Shown: positions 37,762 to 48,422 of the stretch, one piece after another | Layout of the letters: each line of letters begins with the position of its first letter | How positions within the stretch are numbered: the first letter of the stretch is position 1 | Origin: Alkalispirochaeta sp. | GTDB lineage: Bacteria > Spirochaetota > Spirochaetia > DSM-27196 > Alkalispirochaetaceae | Direction: 5' to 3' | NCBI GenBank assembly: GCA_965601925.1 | Contig: OZ271854.1 | Location: 2,208,001-2,272,000, forward strand | Length of the DNA stretch: 64,000 nucleotides | The notes under the pieces: generated by a model | The model's database searches: none | Seen by the model: only the letters and a program-made list of their open reading frames with translations | Told to the model about the DNA's origin: nothing | Made by a program: the position numbers and the translations under genes

Positions 37762-38841
37762 ATGAACGACGTTGTTCGAGCCGCGACGCTTGCGGTGTTG
37801 TGCGCGGGGTTTTGGGCGTGCGGGGGAACCTATCGACCCGGCGACGTTGAAGATGCGGTCGGCGGCGCGCAACCGCCTCCGGCCGGCCCGCCCGTGGCCG
37901 AACGTGGTCGCTGGGCGATGAGCGACGGAGTGGAGCTCTACTACCAAACGCGCGGTCTCGGACGCAACGTGCTCGTGATTCACGGCGGCCCCGGCTATCC
38001 GTCGGCCGGTACGTGGCCCGCAGCCGACGCTCTCGGCGATCGATACCGCTTCGTCTATTATCATCAGCGCGGAAGCGGGCTGTCCGACCGACCCGTAGAC
38101 CGATTCGAGTCGCGGCGCTGGACGGAGAATCGAGATCTTCTTACCTCCGCCCTCGGTGTCGGGAGACAGCTTGCCGATATAGAGACGGTGCGTCGGATTC
38201 TCGGGGATGAGGCGCTCTTGATTGTCGGCCACTCCTACGGCGCCTTTTTGGCCGCGTTATACGCCGCTGAGTTTCTGAATCGCGTCGAGCGGCTCATACT
38301 GATTGCTCCGGCGCAGGTGCTCTTCATGCCCGTGGACGGCGGTGGTCTCTTCGGCGAAATCGAAGCGCGTCTTCCCGAGGACCGCCTTGCGGCGTACCGA
38401 GAGTGGATGGAGGAACTGTTCGATTACCGGAGCATATGGAGCAGAAGCGAGGCGGAGCTCGTCGCGTTGAGCAACGGAATCATGCCCTTCTTTGAGACGG
38501 CGCTCCGATCCTACCTCGCCGAAGTCGCCGAGGATCGGCCGGTGTGGGGTTGGAGCGCCACAAATGCGGCCGAGCTCACCGGAGGTTGGATCCAACACGG
38601 AATCTACCTCTCCCTCGGCCGCCGCTACGATATGCGTCCCTTTTTGAGTCGTATCACCGCGGAGACGACGATCTTTGTCGGCGACACCGATTTCTCGGGA
38701 GGTCCTGCGGCCATCGGCGACTACCTCGACGCCATACCGGGGGCGCGCATGACGGTGCTCCGAAATGCGGGACACTTTCCCCAGGGCGACGCCGGACGAT
38801 TTGCCGATTATCTGCAACGCGCCTTGGACGGCACGTTATAA
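37762..38841 (+). CDS. Lipoprotein alpha/beta hydrolase (proline iminopeptidase-like)
   Basis: GGAGG RBS; lipobox-like FWAC; 'HGGPG', 'QRGSG', 'GHSYG', 'AGHFP'. Confidence 0.85.
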   Translation: MNDVVRAATLAVLCAGFWACGGTYRPGDVEDAVGGAQPPPAGPPVAERGRWAMSDGVELYYQTRGLGRNVLVIHGGPGYPSAGTWPAADALGDRYRFVYYHQRGSGLSDRPVDRFESRRWTENRDLLTSALGVGRQLADIETVRRILGDEALLIVGHSYGAFLAALYAAEFLNRVERLILIAPAQVLFMPVDGGGLFGEIEARLPEDRLAAYREWMEELFDYRSIWSRSEAELVALSNGIMPFFETALRSYLAEVAEDRPVWGWSATNAAELTGGWIQHGIYLSLGRRYDMRPFLSRITAETTIFVGDTDFSGGPAAIGDYLDAIPGARMTVLRNAGHFPQGDAGRFADYLQRALDGTL

Positions 38842-38848
38842 TCGGCGT

Positions 38849-39760
38849 ATGGATCGTACGGAATATTCGATCGGCGAGTTCTCCGTCATCGCGCGCCTGA
38901 CCGTCAAGGCGATACGGTTCTATCACGAAAAAGGCATTCTTGTGCCCGCCAGAGTGGATGAGGCGACCGGTTATCGTTATTACGACGCCGCGTCGGTCGA
39001 GCGGGCGCGTATCGTCACCACGTTGCGAAGGTTGGAGTTTTCGGTCGAGGAGATCGCAAACATCGTGCGTGAGTGCCGGGAGGACGAGGACGCCGCAGTA
39101 TTTCTGCGTAGGAAGACCGAGGATATTCATCGCAAAATTCAGCATTTGCGAACGTTGGAACGCGATCTCACACAGATCCTCGCCTTCGTGGATGCACAGC
39201 ATGTAGGAGAGAAAATCATGAACATAGAGGAAAGGACGATACCGGCAATCAGTGCGGTTACCATACGCTACACCGGGAGATACGACCAGATCGGGCCGCG
39301 CATCGGGCTCCTGTTTCGGCTCTGCGGGAGGTGGGTGGCGGGGCGCGCCTTCGGTCTGTACTGGAATCTGGAGTATCGCGAAGGGGACGCCGACATCGAG
39401 GCGTGTCTTGCGTTGAAGGTAGGGAGCGAAGAGAACGCGACGCGATCGATGGAACGTTTTCTGAAAAAAAGCCTGGACGAGGCGGTCGAAGGCGGGTACA
39501 GCGGCGTTGCGCCGAGCGGCGACCGTCTCGCGGTTCGTACCATTCCCGCCGTCGACGTATTGGCGGCGGAACACATCGGCGGTTACGATACCCTCGGTGG
39601 GAGTTACCGCGAGATTCTCGATGAGCTCGCCGCTCGCGGGCTCACCCGCGCCCTACCGTCCCGGGAGGTCTACATCAAGGGACCGGGCATGATTTTCCGG
39701 GGCAATCCCGCGCGCTATCGTACCGAGATCCAGATGCCGATTTCGCGCGTCGGGGAGTAG
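38849..39760 (+). CDS. MerR-family regulator with GyrI-like effector domain (BmrR-like)
   Basis: 'YSIGEFS...KAIRFYHEKGIL.PARVDEATGYRYY'; C-terminal 'HIGGYDTL..SY...REVYIKGPG'. Confidence 0.92.
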   Translation: MDRTEYSIGEFSVIARLTVKAIRFYHEKGILVPARVDEATGYRYYDAASVERARIVTTLRRLEFSVEEIANIVRECREDEDAAVFLRRKTEDIHRKIQHLRTLERDLTQILAFVDAQHVGEKIMNIEERTIPAISAVTIRYTGRYDQIGPRIGLLFRLCGRWVAGRAFGLYWNLEYREGDADIEACLALKVGSEENATRSMERFLKKSLDEAVEGGYSGVAPSGDRLAVRTIPAVDVLAAEHIGGYDTLGGSYREILDELAARGLTRALPSREVYIKGPGMIFRGNPARYRTEIQMPISRVGE

Positions 39761-39952
39761 GAGCCGGGACGCGGGTCGTGATCTCACCGACGAGCGGGGG
39801 CCGATTCCACCGGAGTGAAGCGGCGCGTTTTCAGGGAGGCGCGTCCATAACCGAGCGCGTACGGCGCGGTCGATCGAGAGTGTTTGTGTGCCGAGCTCCG
39901 TAGAGGCGTCCTTCACTCGCCCATCGTCGCCAATCCCCGCTCCCGCAACGCC

Positions 39953-40486
39953 TCATTGGGCGGCGGAGAGAGCGATCAGCTTGCTTATCGTGTTGAGATT
40001 TCGAGTCGTTGTCGCGACTTTGAGCTTGCGTTCGAAGTAGTTGTTGTTGAACTTGGAGGCGCTGTGCTTGGTCGCGTAGAGCGTGTATATCGTATCGCGT
40101 ACGACTCGAACCCGGTCCGGTGAAAAGTCGGTAGACAGAAACCCTTCCAGTAGCTCTTTGTGTGGGTCGGCCGCCAACAACGAGAAGTACAGTCTCGGCC
40201 CGTCGAAGTTCGTGAACGGACACCGATTTAAAACGGTTGCGAGCTCTTGCGCCGTTCTGCCCAAGACGGCGATATCTCCGCCGAAGTCCCTGCGGATGAC
40301 GTCATGTACGAGCTTCTGGATTTCTCCGCGCGTACGATCTGACTTGGCTATTATGTTGCCGCTTTGAATGTACGTTTGTACCTCTGCCAACCCCGCCTCG
40401 GTGAGTGCTTCGCGAAGCGGCGCCATCGGTACTTTGTTTTTGCCGGTGGGAGTGATGCCTCGGAGAAATATGACAAACGTGTTCAT
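39953..40486 (-). CDS. DUF1697 family protein
   Basis: 'FLRGI...NKVPMAPLR...VQTYIQSGNI', 'TTRNLNT'. Confidence 0.85.
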   Translation of the reverse strand: MNTFVIFLRGITPTGKNKVPMAPLREALTEAGLAEVQTYIQSGNIIAKSDRTRGEIQKLVHDVIRRDFGGDIAVLGRTAQELATVLNRCPFTNFDGPRLYFSLLAADPHKELLEGFLSTDFSPDRVRVVRDTIYTLYATKHSASKFNNNYFERKLKVATTTRNLNTISKLIALSAAQ

Positions 40487-40652
40487 GCGGTCGTCTCCCA
40501 CGCCTCTACTCCTCGTGTGATCTCCTCTGGGTTAGTATAGCACCGGGCGTACCGCATCGATAATGTGCGTCGTTGTCGGCAACGCTCTTCATATTGCCTA
40601 TCCGGGAAGTTACTGCGCACAATGTCCAATACGTACCGCGCAGGAGGCCTCC

Positions 40653-41240
40653 ATGCACGTATTTGTCCTCTTTGATCACCCCCACGAAAAGAGTTACTGC
40701 CACGCCCTCTTGGATGCGGCGATCGAGGGGCTCGGCGAGGCTGGCCACACGTATGATGTCGTGGATCTAAACCGGGACGATTTCGATCCGGTGATGCGCG
40801 TAGAGGACCTCAAGCACTACGGCGAAGGGCGCTCCTCGGATCCCAAGGTGGCCGACTACCAACGACGAATCGATGCGGCCGATCACCTGGTGATGATATT
40901 TCCGGTGTGGTGGGAGGTCATGCCGGCGCTCTCGAAGGGCTTTCTGGATAAGGTGCTCGTCCCCGGCTGGTCCTTCGAGGAGACCTCCGGCATCGTTCCC
41001 CGCGGGCTTCTCTCCCGCCTGTCAGCAACGGTAGTGACGACGATGGGATTCCCCACCTGGTATTATCGCCTCTTTTTCGGGAACGCCCTGAAGGGGGCGC
41101 TCCTCCAAGGAACGTTCGGTTTTGTCGGTATTCCGCGGCGTCGACGCACGTGGATCAACGTCGGTAACGTGGGACGTGTATCCGATACGACGCGAGCCCG
41201 CAAACTCGGGGTGGTACGGCGTCATTTTGCGCGCTTATGA
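40653..41240 (+). CDS. Flavodoxin-fold NAD(P)H-dependent (quinone) oxidoreductase
   Basis: 'HPHEKSYC', 'FPVWWEVMPALSKGFLDKV'; AGGAGG RBS. Confidence 0.9.
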   Translation: MHVFVLFDHPHEKSYCHALLDAAIEGLGEAGHTYDVVDLNRDDFDPVMRVEDLKHYGEGRSSDPKVADYQRRIDAADHLVMIFPVWWEVMPALSKGFLDKVLVPGWSFEETSGIVPRGLLSRLSATVVTTMGFPTWYYRLFFGNALKGALLQGTFGFVGIPRRRRTWINVGNVGRVSDTTRARKLGVVRRHFARL

Positions 41241-41363
41241 GGTGGCCGCGAGACCTACGAGTTCGGGAGCGTTGCGTTCGGACTCGCGATGATCTCGTGC
41301 CGTCCTGCGGTATACGGGACGAGCTCGGAGCGGTTCATGCATGATGTCGTACCTGATGTGTTC

Positions 41364-42251
41364 TTATCTCTTGCTCCAACCGACGTTCTCGGGATCGGTA
41401 TCGCCGCCAAGTTCGAGATAGACGGACTCCACGTTGTTCCGATGGGGTTCTTGGTTTAGGGTGGGCTGTCGATACGCGATATCTCGGCATGCAGTTACCG
41501 TTTCCTCTAACGACCGTCCGTTCTCAACCGCCCGAGTAATGCGCGCTCGAAGAATGGATAGGTAATCGGCATCTTCGCGAAAACGCTTTTCTATTTCATT
41601 GGACTCCGATGTTGCGTGGCCGTGGCCGGGGATGATTACTCGGACATCAAGAGTTGAGAGATAGTTAAGTGTCTGCTCATAGGCGTGTAGACTATCGCTG
41701 ACAAACGGGATTTCGACGTCGCTCAGAATATCGGACGCCCAAAGCGTCCCGCTGTCGGGCTCATACACGGCGAGTTGATCTCGTGCATGACCGGGCACAT
41801 GAAGAAACTGCAGAGACAGATCACCAATCCGCACCTCCATCCTATCCTGAAACGTCATATCGGGGAGAGGGATTTCAAATTTCATGCGCCTATGGACGTT
41901 CTCGTCTCTGCACCATTGCTCGATGTCTTCTACAATTTCCCGACTGTGATCCCGAATGCAGGAGACGTAGTTCGCATGGGCTATCGTTTTGATACCGGGA
42001 AACTGCTCCGGACCCAATAGATGATCCCAGTGGCTATGAGTCAGCGCGATTAACTGGGGCGTTATGCTGTGTGCCGCCAAAAAGCGCGCGATATCGAGGA
42101 TTTCGTGGGGAAAGACGGCGGGATCGACTAACAGAGCGTCGCCCCGACTGACAAACATGCCGCTGTTTGTGAGGTACAACTCACTCTGCCGGACCCAGAG
42201 ACTGGGTGTGATTTGTCGAATGAAATTAGACACCGGACGACTGACTACCAC
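41364..42251 (-). CDS. MBL-fold metallo-hydrolase
   Basis: 'THSHWDH', 'PGH', 'ASD', 'IPGHG'. Confidence 0.88.
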   Translation of the reverse strand: MVVSRPVSNFIRQITPSLWVRQSELYLTNSGMFVSRGDALLVDPAVFPHEILDIARFLAAHSITPQLIALTHSHWDHLLGPEQFPGIKTIAHANYVSCIRDHSREIVEDIEQWCRDENVHRRMKFEIPLPDMTFQDRMEVRIGDLSLQFLHVPGHARDQLAVYEPDSGTLWASDILSDVEIPFVSDSLHAYEQTLNYLSTLDVRVIIPGHGHATSESNEIEKRFREDADYLSILRARITRAVENGRSLEETVTACRDIAYRQPTLNQEPHRNNVESVYLELGGDTDPENVGWSKR

Positions 42252-42401
42252 CCGTCGGTCGTAGCACGCCGGAGCGACGTCCCGATCCGGGACGCTTCTC
42301 CGCGGTCATTCCGGAAAGAAGCGTAACGTTCAAAGCGACCCGTAGCTCCACGGTGATGGTGCGCCGAATGATCATTGATACGCTCCTTCTCCGATATCTC
42401 C

Positions 42402-43787
42402 TTAGGCCAAACGTCCCGCCACTCGTACGGTCCACTGCGCGAGCTCGCGAATACTCATCTCCTTCATGGTTCGCACGTAGGTGTAGAGGGTGTCGCCGAT
42501 CGGGTCGGTCCAGCGTCCGTCGATGGCACCGGCGCCTTTGGCCACGGCTAAGGCGGTCATGATCTGCGCCGCGTTACAGTCGACGTCCTGACCCTCCATG
42601 GCGATGATATTGAGCGTCTCGTCAAAGTCGCCCTCGCCGAACCAGAGCGCCACCACTTCGGCGCACGCGTTGGGATATGCGTGCACCCAGTTGTAGCGCC
42701 GGTAGCGCTCTTCGCACCGCTTCCACGCCACGGCCCATTCCTTTGAGCGCTTGCAACTGTCCAGGGCAAACGAGACGACCGAGGCGTACTCGCTCTTCGG
42801 CGGCATTGCGGAAACCGTCTCTTCCACGAGTCGCCGCATGTCGTTCTCGACAAAGGCACGAGATACCAACACAGCGTTAAACACCTCGCCGATGATGCCG
42901 TTGTTCTCGTGGGAGATCGTGCCGTCCATCCACGCGAGCCGCGCAGCCTCGCCGGCGTTACCCGGGGCGACGAGTCCGCACACCGCGCCGCGCATCTGGG
43001 CGCCGATCCACTCGGAGAAGGGGTTGTTCCGCAGCGCGCTCTGTGGAGGGAGGACACCCTCCTCGAGATTGCGTAACGCGACCATCTCCGCGGACCAACC
43101 AAAGGGAATGAGCGACACCCACTGCAACGCGATATCCCGAGCGGTAAGATCGGCTCCCCGTTCGTCGGCGGCTTTGAGAAAGGCGAGCTCGAAGGTGATA
43201 TCGTCGTTGAAGGTCGACGGTTTTACGAGGTATCCGCGAATATCTCCGTACGCCTCCCGCAGTTTCTCCGCGGTGTATCCCTCGATACTCGTGCCTAACG
43301 CACCTCCAACGATCTGAGCGACCCACCCGGCGTGGACTCGCTCGAGATACGCATCCGAATCCTCGTGGTATCCTTCGTCCTCCGGTAACGACGAGGCCGC
43401 CTCGAAGCTCTTCCAATCGTCGTAGCGGTCGAACTGCCAGTACGGCGAGGCGCGGTCGATCTCGGCCGAGGCCAGCCGTCCGAGGTGTCGCACGTGGGCC
43501 TCTATGAGGCGCGGCGTGTCGCCGACATCCAGTGCCCGGAGCGCCTCGTCTACGGTTTTCTCCCAGTCGGGGACGCGCATGCCGCGGTTTTCCAGCGCCT
43601 GCACCGCCGCCACCATGAGGCGCTCCGGCGCGCCGGAACCGGGGACGCGACTGAACCACTGCATGCGAATCAGGCTCTCCTGTTGGTGTTCCAACGCCTC
43701 AATGGCGTTCCACGTTTGGTCCTCTTCCTCGCGGAGTACCGGTTGCGCCTCCGCCATGAGCGCACGCTCTCGTTCCCACGCGGTCAT
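42402..43787 (-). CDS. ADP-ribosylglycohydrolase family protein
   Basis: 'GGALGTSIEG', 'NDDITFE', 'EWIGAQMRG', 'GQDVDCNAA'. Confidence 0.85.
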   Translation of the reverse strand: MTAWERERALMAEAQPVLREEEDQTWNAIEALEHQQESLIRMQWFSRVPGSGAPERLMVAAVQALENRGMRVPDWEKTVDEALRALDVGDTPRLIEAHVRHLGRLASAEIDRASPYWQFDRYDDWKSFEAASSLPEDEGYHEDSDAYLERVHAGWVAQIVGGALGTSIEGYTAEKLREAYGDIRGYLVKPSTFNDDITFELAFLKAADERGADLTARDIALQWVSLIPFGWSAEMVALRNLEEGVLPPQSALRNNPFSEWIGAQMRGAVCGLVAPGNAGEAARLAWMDGTISHENNGIIGEVFNAVLVSRAFVENDMRRLVEETVSAMPPKSEYASVVSFALDSCKRSKEWAVAWKRCEERYRRYNWVHAYPNACAEVVALWFGEGDFDETLNIIAMEGQDVDCNAAQIMTALAVAKGAGAIDGRWTDPIGDTLYTYVRTMKEMSIRELAQWTVRVAGRLA

Positions 43788-44722
43788 GCTCTACCGTCCA
43801 TTTCGCGTATCGAGTCGAGGATAATCGCCTTAAAGCGATTCACATCGAGTTCAAATGCTACGTCTGCGTTCGGTTCCTCGCCGGTCACACCGTAGACATC
43901 CACTACCGTTCGACCGCGCGTAAACACCCCGCGCGTCTCTACCTCTACGCGGAGGCGGCGGGTCGTCAGGATATCGGGCTCGACCGAGGCCATGACCGCC
44001 AACGCATCGTGGAGCGGCGCTCCGGCGACACCGAAATTTTCATCATAGGCGGCGGCAAAGAACCGCAAGAGCGGGGCTACAATGCGCGAGACGCGCCCGC
44101 CTCGGTCTTCGATGGCGTCGATCTCCTCTACGGTAAACAGTGCGCGGTTGGTGACGTCCAGCCCGACCATTGTGATGGGGCGGCCGCAGCCGAAGACGAT
44201 TTCAGCCGCCTCAGGGTCGACGTAGATGTTGAACTCCGCAGCAGGAGTGACGTTGGAGTCGTAGACCGCGCCGCCCATCAAGACGATGCGTTCGATCTTC
44301 TCGGCGACGGCGGGGTTTTTCCGCAACAGAAGCGCTATGTTGGTCAGCGGTCCCGTCGGAACCACCGTCACCGGCTCCTCGGCGGCCATGAGCGTGTGTT
44401 CCAGAAATTCGACGGCGTGCTCCTCGCGAGGCACGATCGTCGACTCGGGAAGATCGGCACCGTCCAGTCCCGATACACCGTGAATATTGGGCGCCGTCTC
44501 GAGCTCGCGCGTCAAAGGATAATCGCATCCCCGAGCGAGCGGCGTGTCCGTTTCGCGCATTAGCGTGAGCACCTTGCCGGCGTTGGCGAACGTCCGCTCC
44601 CCCGTTTGGTTGCCCGCCACGGTGGTTACACCGAGGAGCTCGATATCGGGATGCGATGAGGCCACCATCATGGCCATCATGTCGTCGTGACCGGGATCGC
44701 AGTCGAGTAGTATGCGTTTCAT
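43784..44722 (-). CDS. Inosine/uridine-preferring nucleoside hydrolase
   Basis: 'DCDPGHDD', 'GPLTN', 'AEFNIYVDPEAA', 'LHDAL'. Confidence 0.93.
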   Translation of the reverse strand: MKRILLDCDPGHDDMMAMMVASSHPDIELLGVTTVAGNQTGERTFANAGKVLTLMRETDTPLARGCDYPLTRELETAPNIHGVSGLDGADLPESTIVPREEHAVEFLEHTLMAAEEPVTVVPTGPLTNIALLLRKNPAVAEKIERIVLMGGAVYDSNVTPAAEFNIYVDPEAAEIVFGCGRPITMVGLDVTNRALFTVEEIDAIEDRGGRVSRIVAPLLRFFAAAYDENFGVAGAPLHDALAVMASVEPDILTTRRLRVEVETRGVFTRGRTVVDVYGVTGEEPNADVAFELDVNRFKAIILDSIREMDGRA

Positions 44723-45741
44723 CGTAACTCCTCTTTTCGTTCGCCGTCGGATGAGGATCGGCGGCGTCGAACGGCCGCTGCTATGCCGCCCGCCGTCCCG
44801 CCTCGCCGGCCCGGACGCGTTCCGGTGGGATGGGGCCTTCGTCGGCGCGTGTGCCGTGCCGCGTAGACGGTCAGGGCGATGACCGTCGCTACGTACGGAA
44901 TCGTCTGTATCAGTTCCGACGGCACCTCCAGAGAGCTAATGTATATGGCTGCGGCATTGACGAAGCCGAAGAGGAGCGAGCCCATTGCCGTGCCGAGCGG
45001 CAGATTGCCGCCCATAGTTGCCGCCGCCACGGCGATGAATCCGCGTCCTGCGGTCATGTCTCGGGAGAACCACGAGACGTAACCCATGGATAGGTACAAT
45101 CCGCCCAACGCTCCGAAGACGCCGGACAGAAGCAGGGCGTACATTTTCGTCCGGCCGACGGGTATGCCGACCGATTCGGCGGCGTCGGGATTCTGGCCCA
45201 CCGCACGGATACGGAGTCCCAGCGGCGTACGATAGAGGACGACTCCGTACACGATCGCCGCCGCCACGGCACCGTAGGTGAGTATGTTGTGCCCGCTTAC
45301 CATAGGGCCCAGAATCGGAATCCGAGACAGTACCGGGATCTGCAATGTCGGAAACACGAGACTCGCCAGGCGGCTCGTACTGCGCTCTCCGGCAATGACG
45401 ATAAGGAGAAAGATCGACAAGCCGCTCGCCAGGAGGTTCAATGCCACCGCGGCGAGAATGATGTCCGCCTTCAGGTTGAGATGAAAATACGCCAACAGCG
45501 CGGCAAAGAGTACGCCCGCGGCGAGTCCGCCGAGAAGCGCCAACAGGAGGCTCTGCGTATAGACGCTCACCAACACGCCGGCGAAGGCGGAAATCAACAT
45601 GGTGCCTTCCTGTCCGATATTGATCGTGCCGCTCTTGGCCGTAATCGCGACGCCAAGGGCGGGGTACACTAACGGCGTCGTCACGCGAATCACGGCATAG
45701 CCGAACTCGGGAGACAGTAGGCTCTCGAGGAGGGGATTCAT
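44719..45741 (-). CDS. Nucleoside ABC transporter permease
   Basis: 'NIGQEG', 'GLRIRAVGQNP.AA.S.GI', 'GRGFIAVAA'. Confidence 0.9.
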   Translation of the reverse strand: MNPLLESLLSPEFGYAVIRVTTPLVYPALGVAITAKSGTINIGQEGTMLISAFAGVLVSVYTQSLLLALLGGLAAGVLFAALLAYFHLNLKADIILAAVALNLLASGLSIFLLIVIAGERSTSRLASLVFPTLQIPVLSRIPILGPMVSGHNILTYGAVAAAIVYGVVLYRTPLGLRIRAVGQNPDAAESVGIPVGRTKMYALLLSGVFGALGGLYLSMGYVSWFSRDMTAGRGFIAVAAATMGGNLPLGTAMGSLLFGFVNAAAIYISSLEVPSELIQTIPYVATVIALTVYAARHTRRRRPHPTGTRPGRRGGTAGGIAAAVRRRRSSSDGERKEELR

Positions 45742-46805
45742 CGTTCCGTCTCCCGCGCCGTCTCAGCTGCGGTAACGACGAGATTTCGACGCCACCGATC
45801 CAGAAAAGCCTGCGCCGTAATAAGCAGAATGATGATCGATTGAATAACCGGAACGATCTCGCCCGGAACGTCGGACATGAGCTTTAGCTGCTGTCCTCCG
45901 ACTCTGAGATAGGCCAAAAAGAGCGACGCCGGAACGATAAGGAACGGGTGGTTGCGACCGATAATGGCGACGATTACACCGTCCCATCCGTATCCGGGAC
46001 TAATTTGCCAGTTGAACCGTCGGTGGATACCCATGACTTCGGTCATACCGCCTACTCCGGCGATGAGACCGGTAAGCACGTGCGCCAATATGACGATCCG
46101 CGTCGTATTGATGCCGCCGAAACGTGCGAATCGGCGGTTATACCCGGTCATGCGAATCTCATAACCGGTCGTCGTATGGAAGAGGAGATAGTAGACCGCC
46201 ACCGCCGCCAGGAGAGACATGACGATCCCCCAATGAATACGCGTTCCATCCACAAATCGTGCGAGCCAAGCGCTCTCGGGTAGGGTCAGGGATACCATGT
46301 ATCCGGCGTTCAGATCTCTGAAGTGGTGATTGATGAGATACAAACCGCCGAAGTACGCCACGTAGTTAAGCATCAGCGAACTCACCACCTCGCTGGCGTT
46401 GTAGCGCGCTTTGAGAATGCCCGGCACAACACCCCACACCGCACCGACCGCTGCGGAAAGAAGCAGAATGACGGGGACGTGAAGAAAGGCGGGCATATCG
46501 GTAGAGACGGCAAAGGCGGTGCCCACCGCTGCGGTGAGATACATCGCGCCCTCGGCTCCGATATAAAACTGCTTGGCGCGAAACGCGACCGCGATCGCGA
46601 GTCCGGCAAAGATGATCGGGGATGCAGTTTCCAGTATCGTCGCAACGGTGCGTCGACTGCGAAAGGGCCCGAGGAAAAACGACTCGAGCGCAACGACGCG
46701 GTCCGCGCTTATCAATACGACGAAGAGCACACACAATGCAATCCCCGCCGCAACGGCGATCGACGTGCGAATCAATGTGAAGTTGCGAAGCACGAAACGT
46801 TGCAC
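45738..46805 (-). CDS. Nucleoside ABC transporter permease
   Basis: 'IGAEG', 'EVVSSLMLNY', 'GYGWDGVIVAIIGRNHP'. Confidence 0.9.
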   Translation of the reverse strand: MQRFVLRNFTLIRTSIAVAAGIALCVLFVVLISADRVVALESFFLGPFRSRRTVATILETASPIIFAGLAIAVAFRAKQFYIGAEGAMYLTAAVGTAFAVSTDMPAFLHVPVILLLSAAVGAVWGVVPGILKARYNASEVVSSLMLNYVAYFGGLYLINHHFRDLNAGYMVSLTLPESAWLARFVDGTRIHWGIVMSLLAAVAVYYLLFHTTTGYEIRMTGYNRRFARFGGINTTRIVILAHVLTGLIAGVGGMTEVMGIHRRFNWQISPGYGWDGVIVAIIGRNHPFLIVPASLFLAYLRVGGQQLKLMSDVPGEIVPVIQSIIILLITAQAFLDRWRRNLVVTAAETARETER

Positions 46806-46808
46806 CGA

Positions 46809-48335
46809 CTACCGCTCCTGTCGCATCACGCCGAGCATGTACGGTCCCAAATCGGTCGCCTCCATCCCCGCGGTATCGTCAAAGCGCGCTACGATCTCAC
46901 CGTTGTACATTACCAGGATTCGCGACGAGAGTTTAATAACCTCGTCCAGGTCCGCGGAGACTACAAAGACCGCTCGACCGCGATCCCGCGTGGTTACCAA
47001 GAGTCGATGGAGCTCTTCCCACGAACCCACATCGACGCCGCGGGTCGGCTGGCTGGCTACGACCACGTGCGGCTCCGCCGAGAGCTCGCGCGCGACGACG
47101 CACTTTTGAATATTGCCCCCCGAGAGCGCGCGCATTTCCTGTTCCACGCCGGCGGCTCGAATATCGAAGTCGCGCATCAAGGTGCGGCTGAACGCCGCGA
47201 TCTCCTTCCAGCGCAGATGTCCACCGCGAGAGAACGGCGCCGTATCGTAGCGGTCGACGATGAAGTTTTCACGAAGCGACCCCTCCACCGCGACGCCGTC
47301 TTCCATGCGGTCTTCCGGGATGTGGGCGACGCCCCGTCTGCGGATCTCACGGGGGGATAGACCGGCGATATCCTCGCCGCGAATCAGGATGCGGCCCGCC
47401 TGTGGCGCAATGAGCCCGGCAATCGAACGAACGATCTCGGTTTGTCCGTTTCCCTCGACACCGGCGACGCCGACGATCTCCCCGGCGTGTACCTCGAACG
47501 ACACATCGCGCAGAACGTCGACTCCTTCGTCGTCGGTGTAGCGCACATGCTCTACCTGCAACAGCGGCGGCCCGACCTCCGTCGACGGGGCGACGCGATC
47601 GAACTCGATCGTGCGGCCGACCATGAGCGTGGCGATATCCTCGCGCGAGAGATCCTTCGTCTTGCGCGTGTCCACGACGGTGGCGTCCCGCATGATCGTC
47701 ACGGTGTCGGCGACCCGAGCTATTTCATCGAGTTTGTGAGAGATAAAGAGAATCGTCTTCCCCTCGGCGGTCAGTGCTGCGAAAGTTTCAAAGAGGCGTT
47801 CCGACTCTTGCGGTGTGAGTACGGCGGTCGGCTCGTCGAGAATCAGCAGCTCCGCCTCCCGAAAGAGCGCCTTGAGGATCTCCACGCGCTGCCTGGTACC
47901 GACCGGTAGGTCGCGGATTTTGCGTTCCACCGGTACATCCAGCCGATACCGCGCCGCCGTCTCGCGGGCGATCCCGACGATCCGCTTTGTGTCGAGAAAG
48001 AGCGCCCCGCGCCGCGGTTCGATACCGAGAATAAGATTTTCCGCAACGGTCAAATCGGGGGCGAGCATGAGGTGTTGGTGCACCATGCCGACGCCGCGCT
48101 CAATCGCCTCGTGAGGGGAGTGGGGTGCGAACGGTTCGCCTTTGAAGACGATTTCGCCGTGCTGCGCATCGACCATACCGAATAGGATCTTCATGAGCGT
48201 GGTCTTACCCGCACCGTTCTCGCCGACGACGGCGTGAACGGTGCGGGGCGCTACGTCGAAAGAGATATCACGATTCGCTACCGTGCCGTTGGGATATATC
48301 TTGGTGATGTTGCGAACGCGTAGTATCGGTTCCAT
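46809..48335 (-). CDS. Nucleoside ABC transporter ATP-binding protein (two ABC domains)
   Basis: 'GENGAGKT', 'LDEPT', 'LSGGNIQK', 'QPTRGVD'. Confidence 0.93.
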   Translation of the reverse strand: MEPILRVRNITKIYPNGTVANRDISFDVAPRTVHAVVGENGAGKTTLMKILFGMVDAQHGEIVFKGEPFAPHSPHEAIERGVGMVHQHLMLAPDLTVAENLILGIEPRRGALFLDTKRIVGIARETAARYRLDVPVERKIRDLPVGTRQRVEILKALFREAELLILDEPTAVLTPQESERLFETFAALTAEGKTILFISHKLDEIARVADTVTIMRDATVVDTRKTKDLSREDIATLMVGRTIEFDRVAPSTEVGPPLLQVEHVRYTDDEGVDVLRDVSFEVHAGEIVGVAGVEGNGQTEIVRSIAGLIAPQAGRILIRGEDIAGLSPREIRRRGVAHIPEDRMEDGVAVEGSLRENFIVDRYDTAPFSRGGHLRWKEIAAFSRTLMRDFDIRAAGVEQEMRALSGGNIQKCVVARELSAEPHVVVASQPTRGVDVGSWEELHRLLVTTRDRGRAVFVVSADLDEVIKLSSRILVMYNGEIVARFDDTAGMEATDLGPYMLGVMRQER

Positions 48336-48422
48336 CGGTGCTCTTCCGCGCCGGGCGCACGAGTAGCCGGCGCGGGACGCATCTCCGCGCTGTATCGTAC
48401 GGTCGAAGCCGTCGACTCGGCG

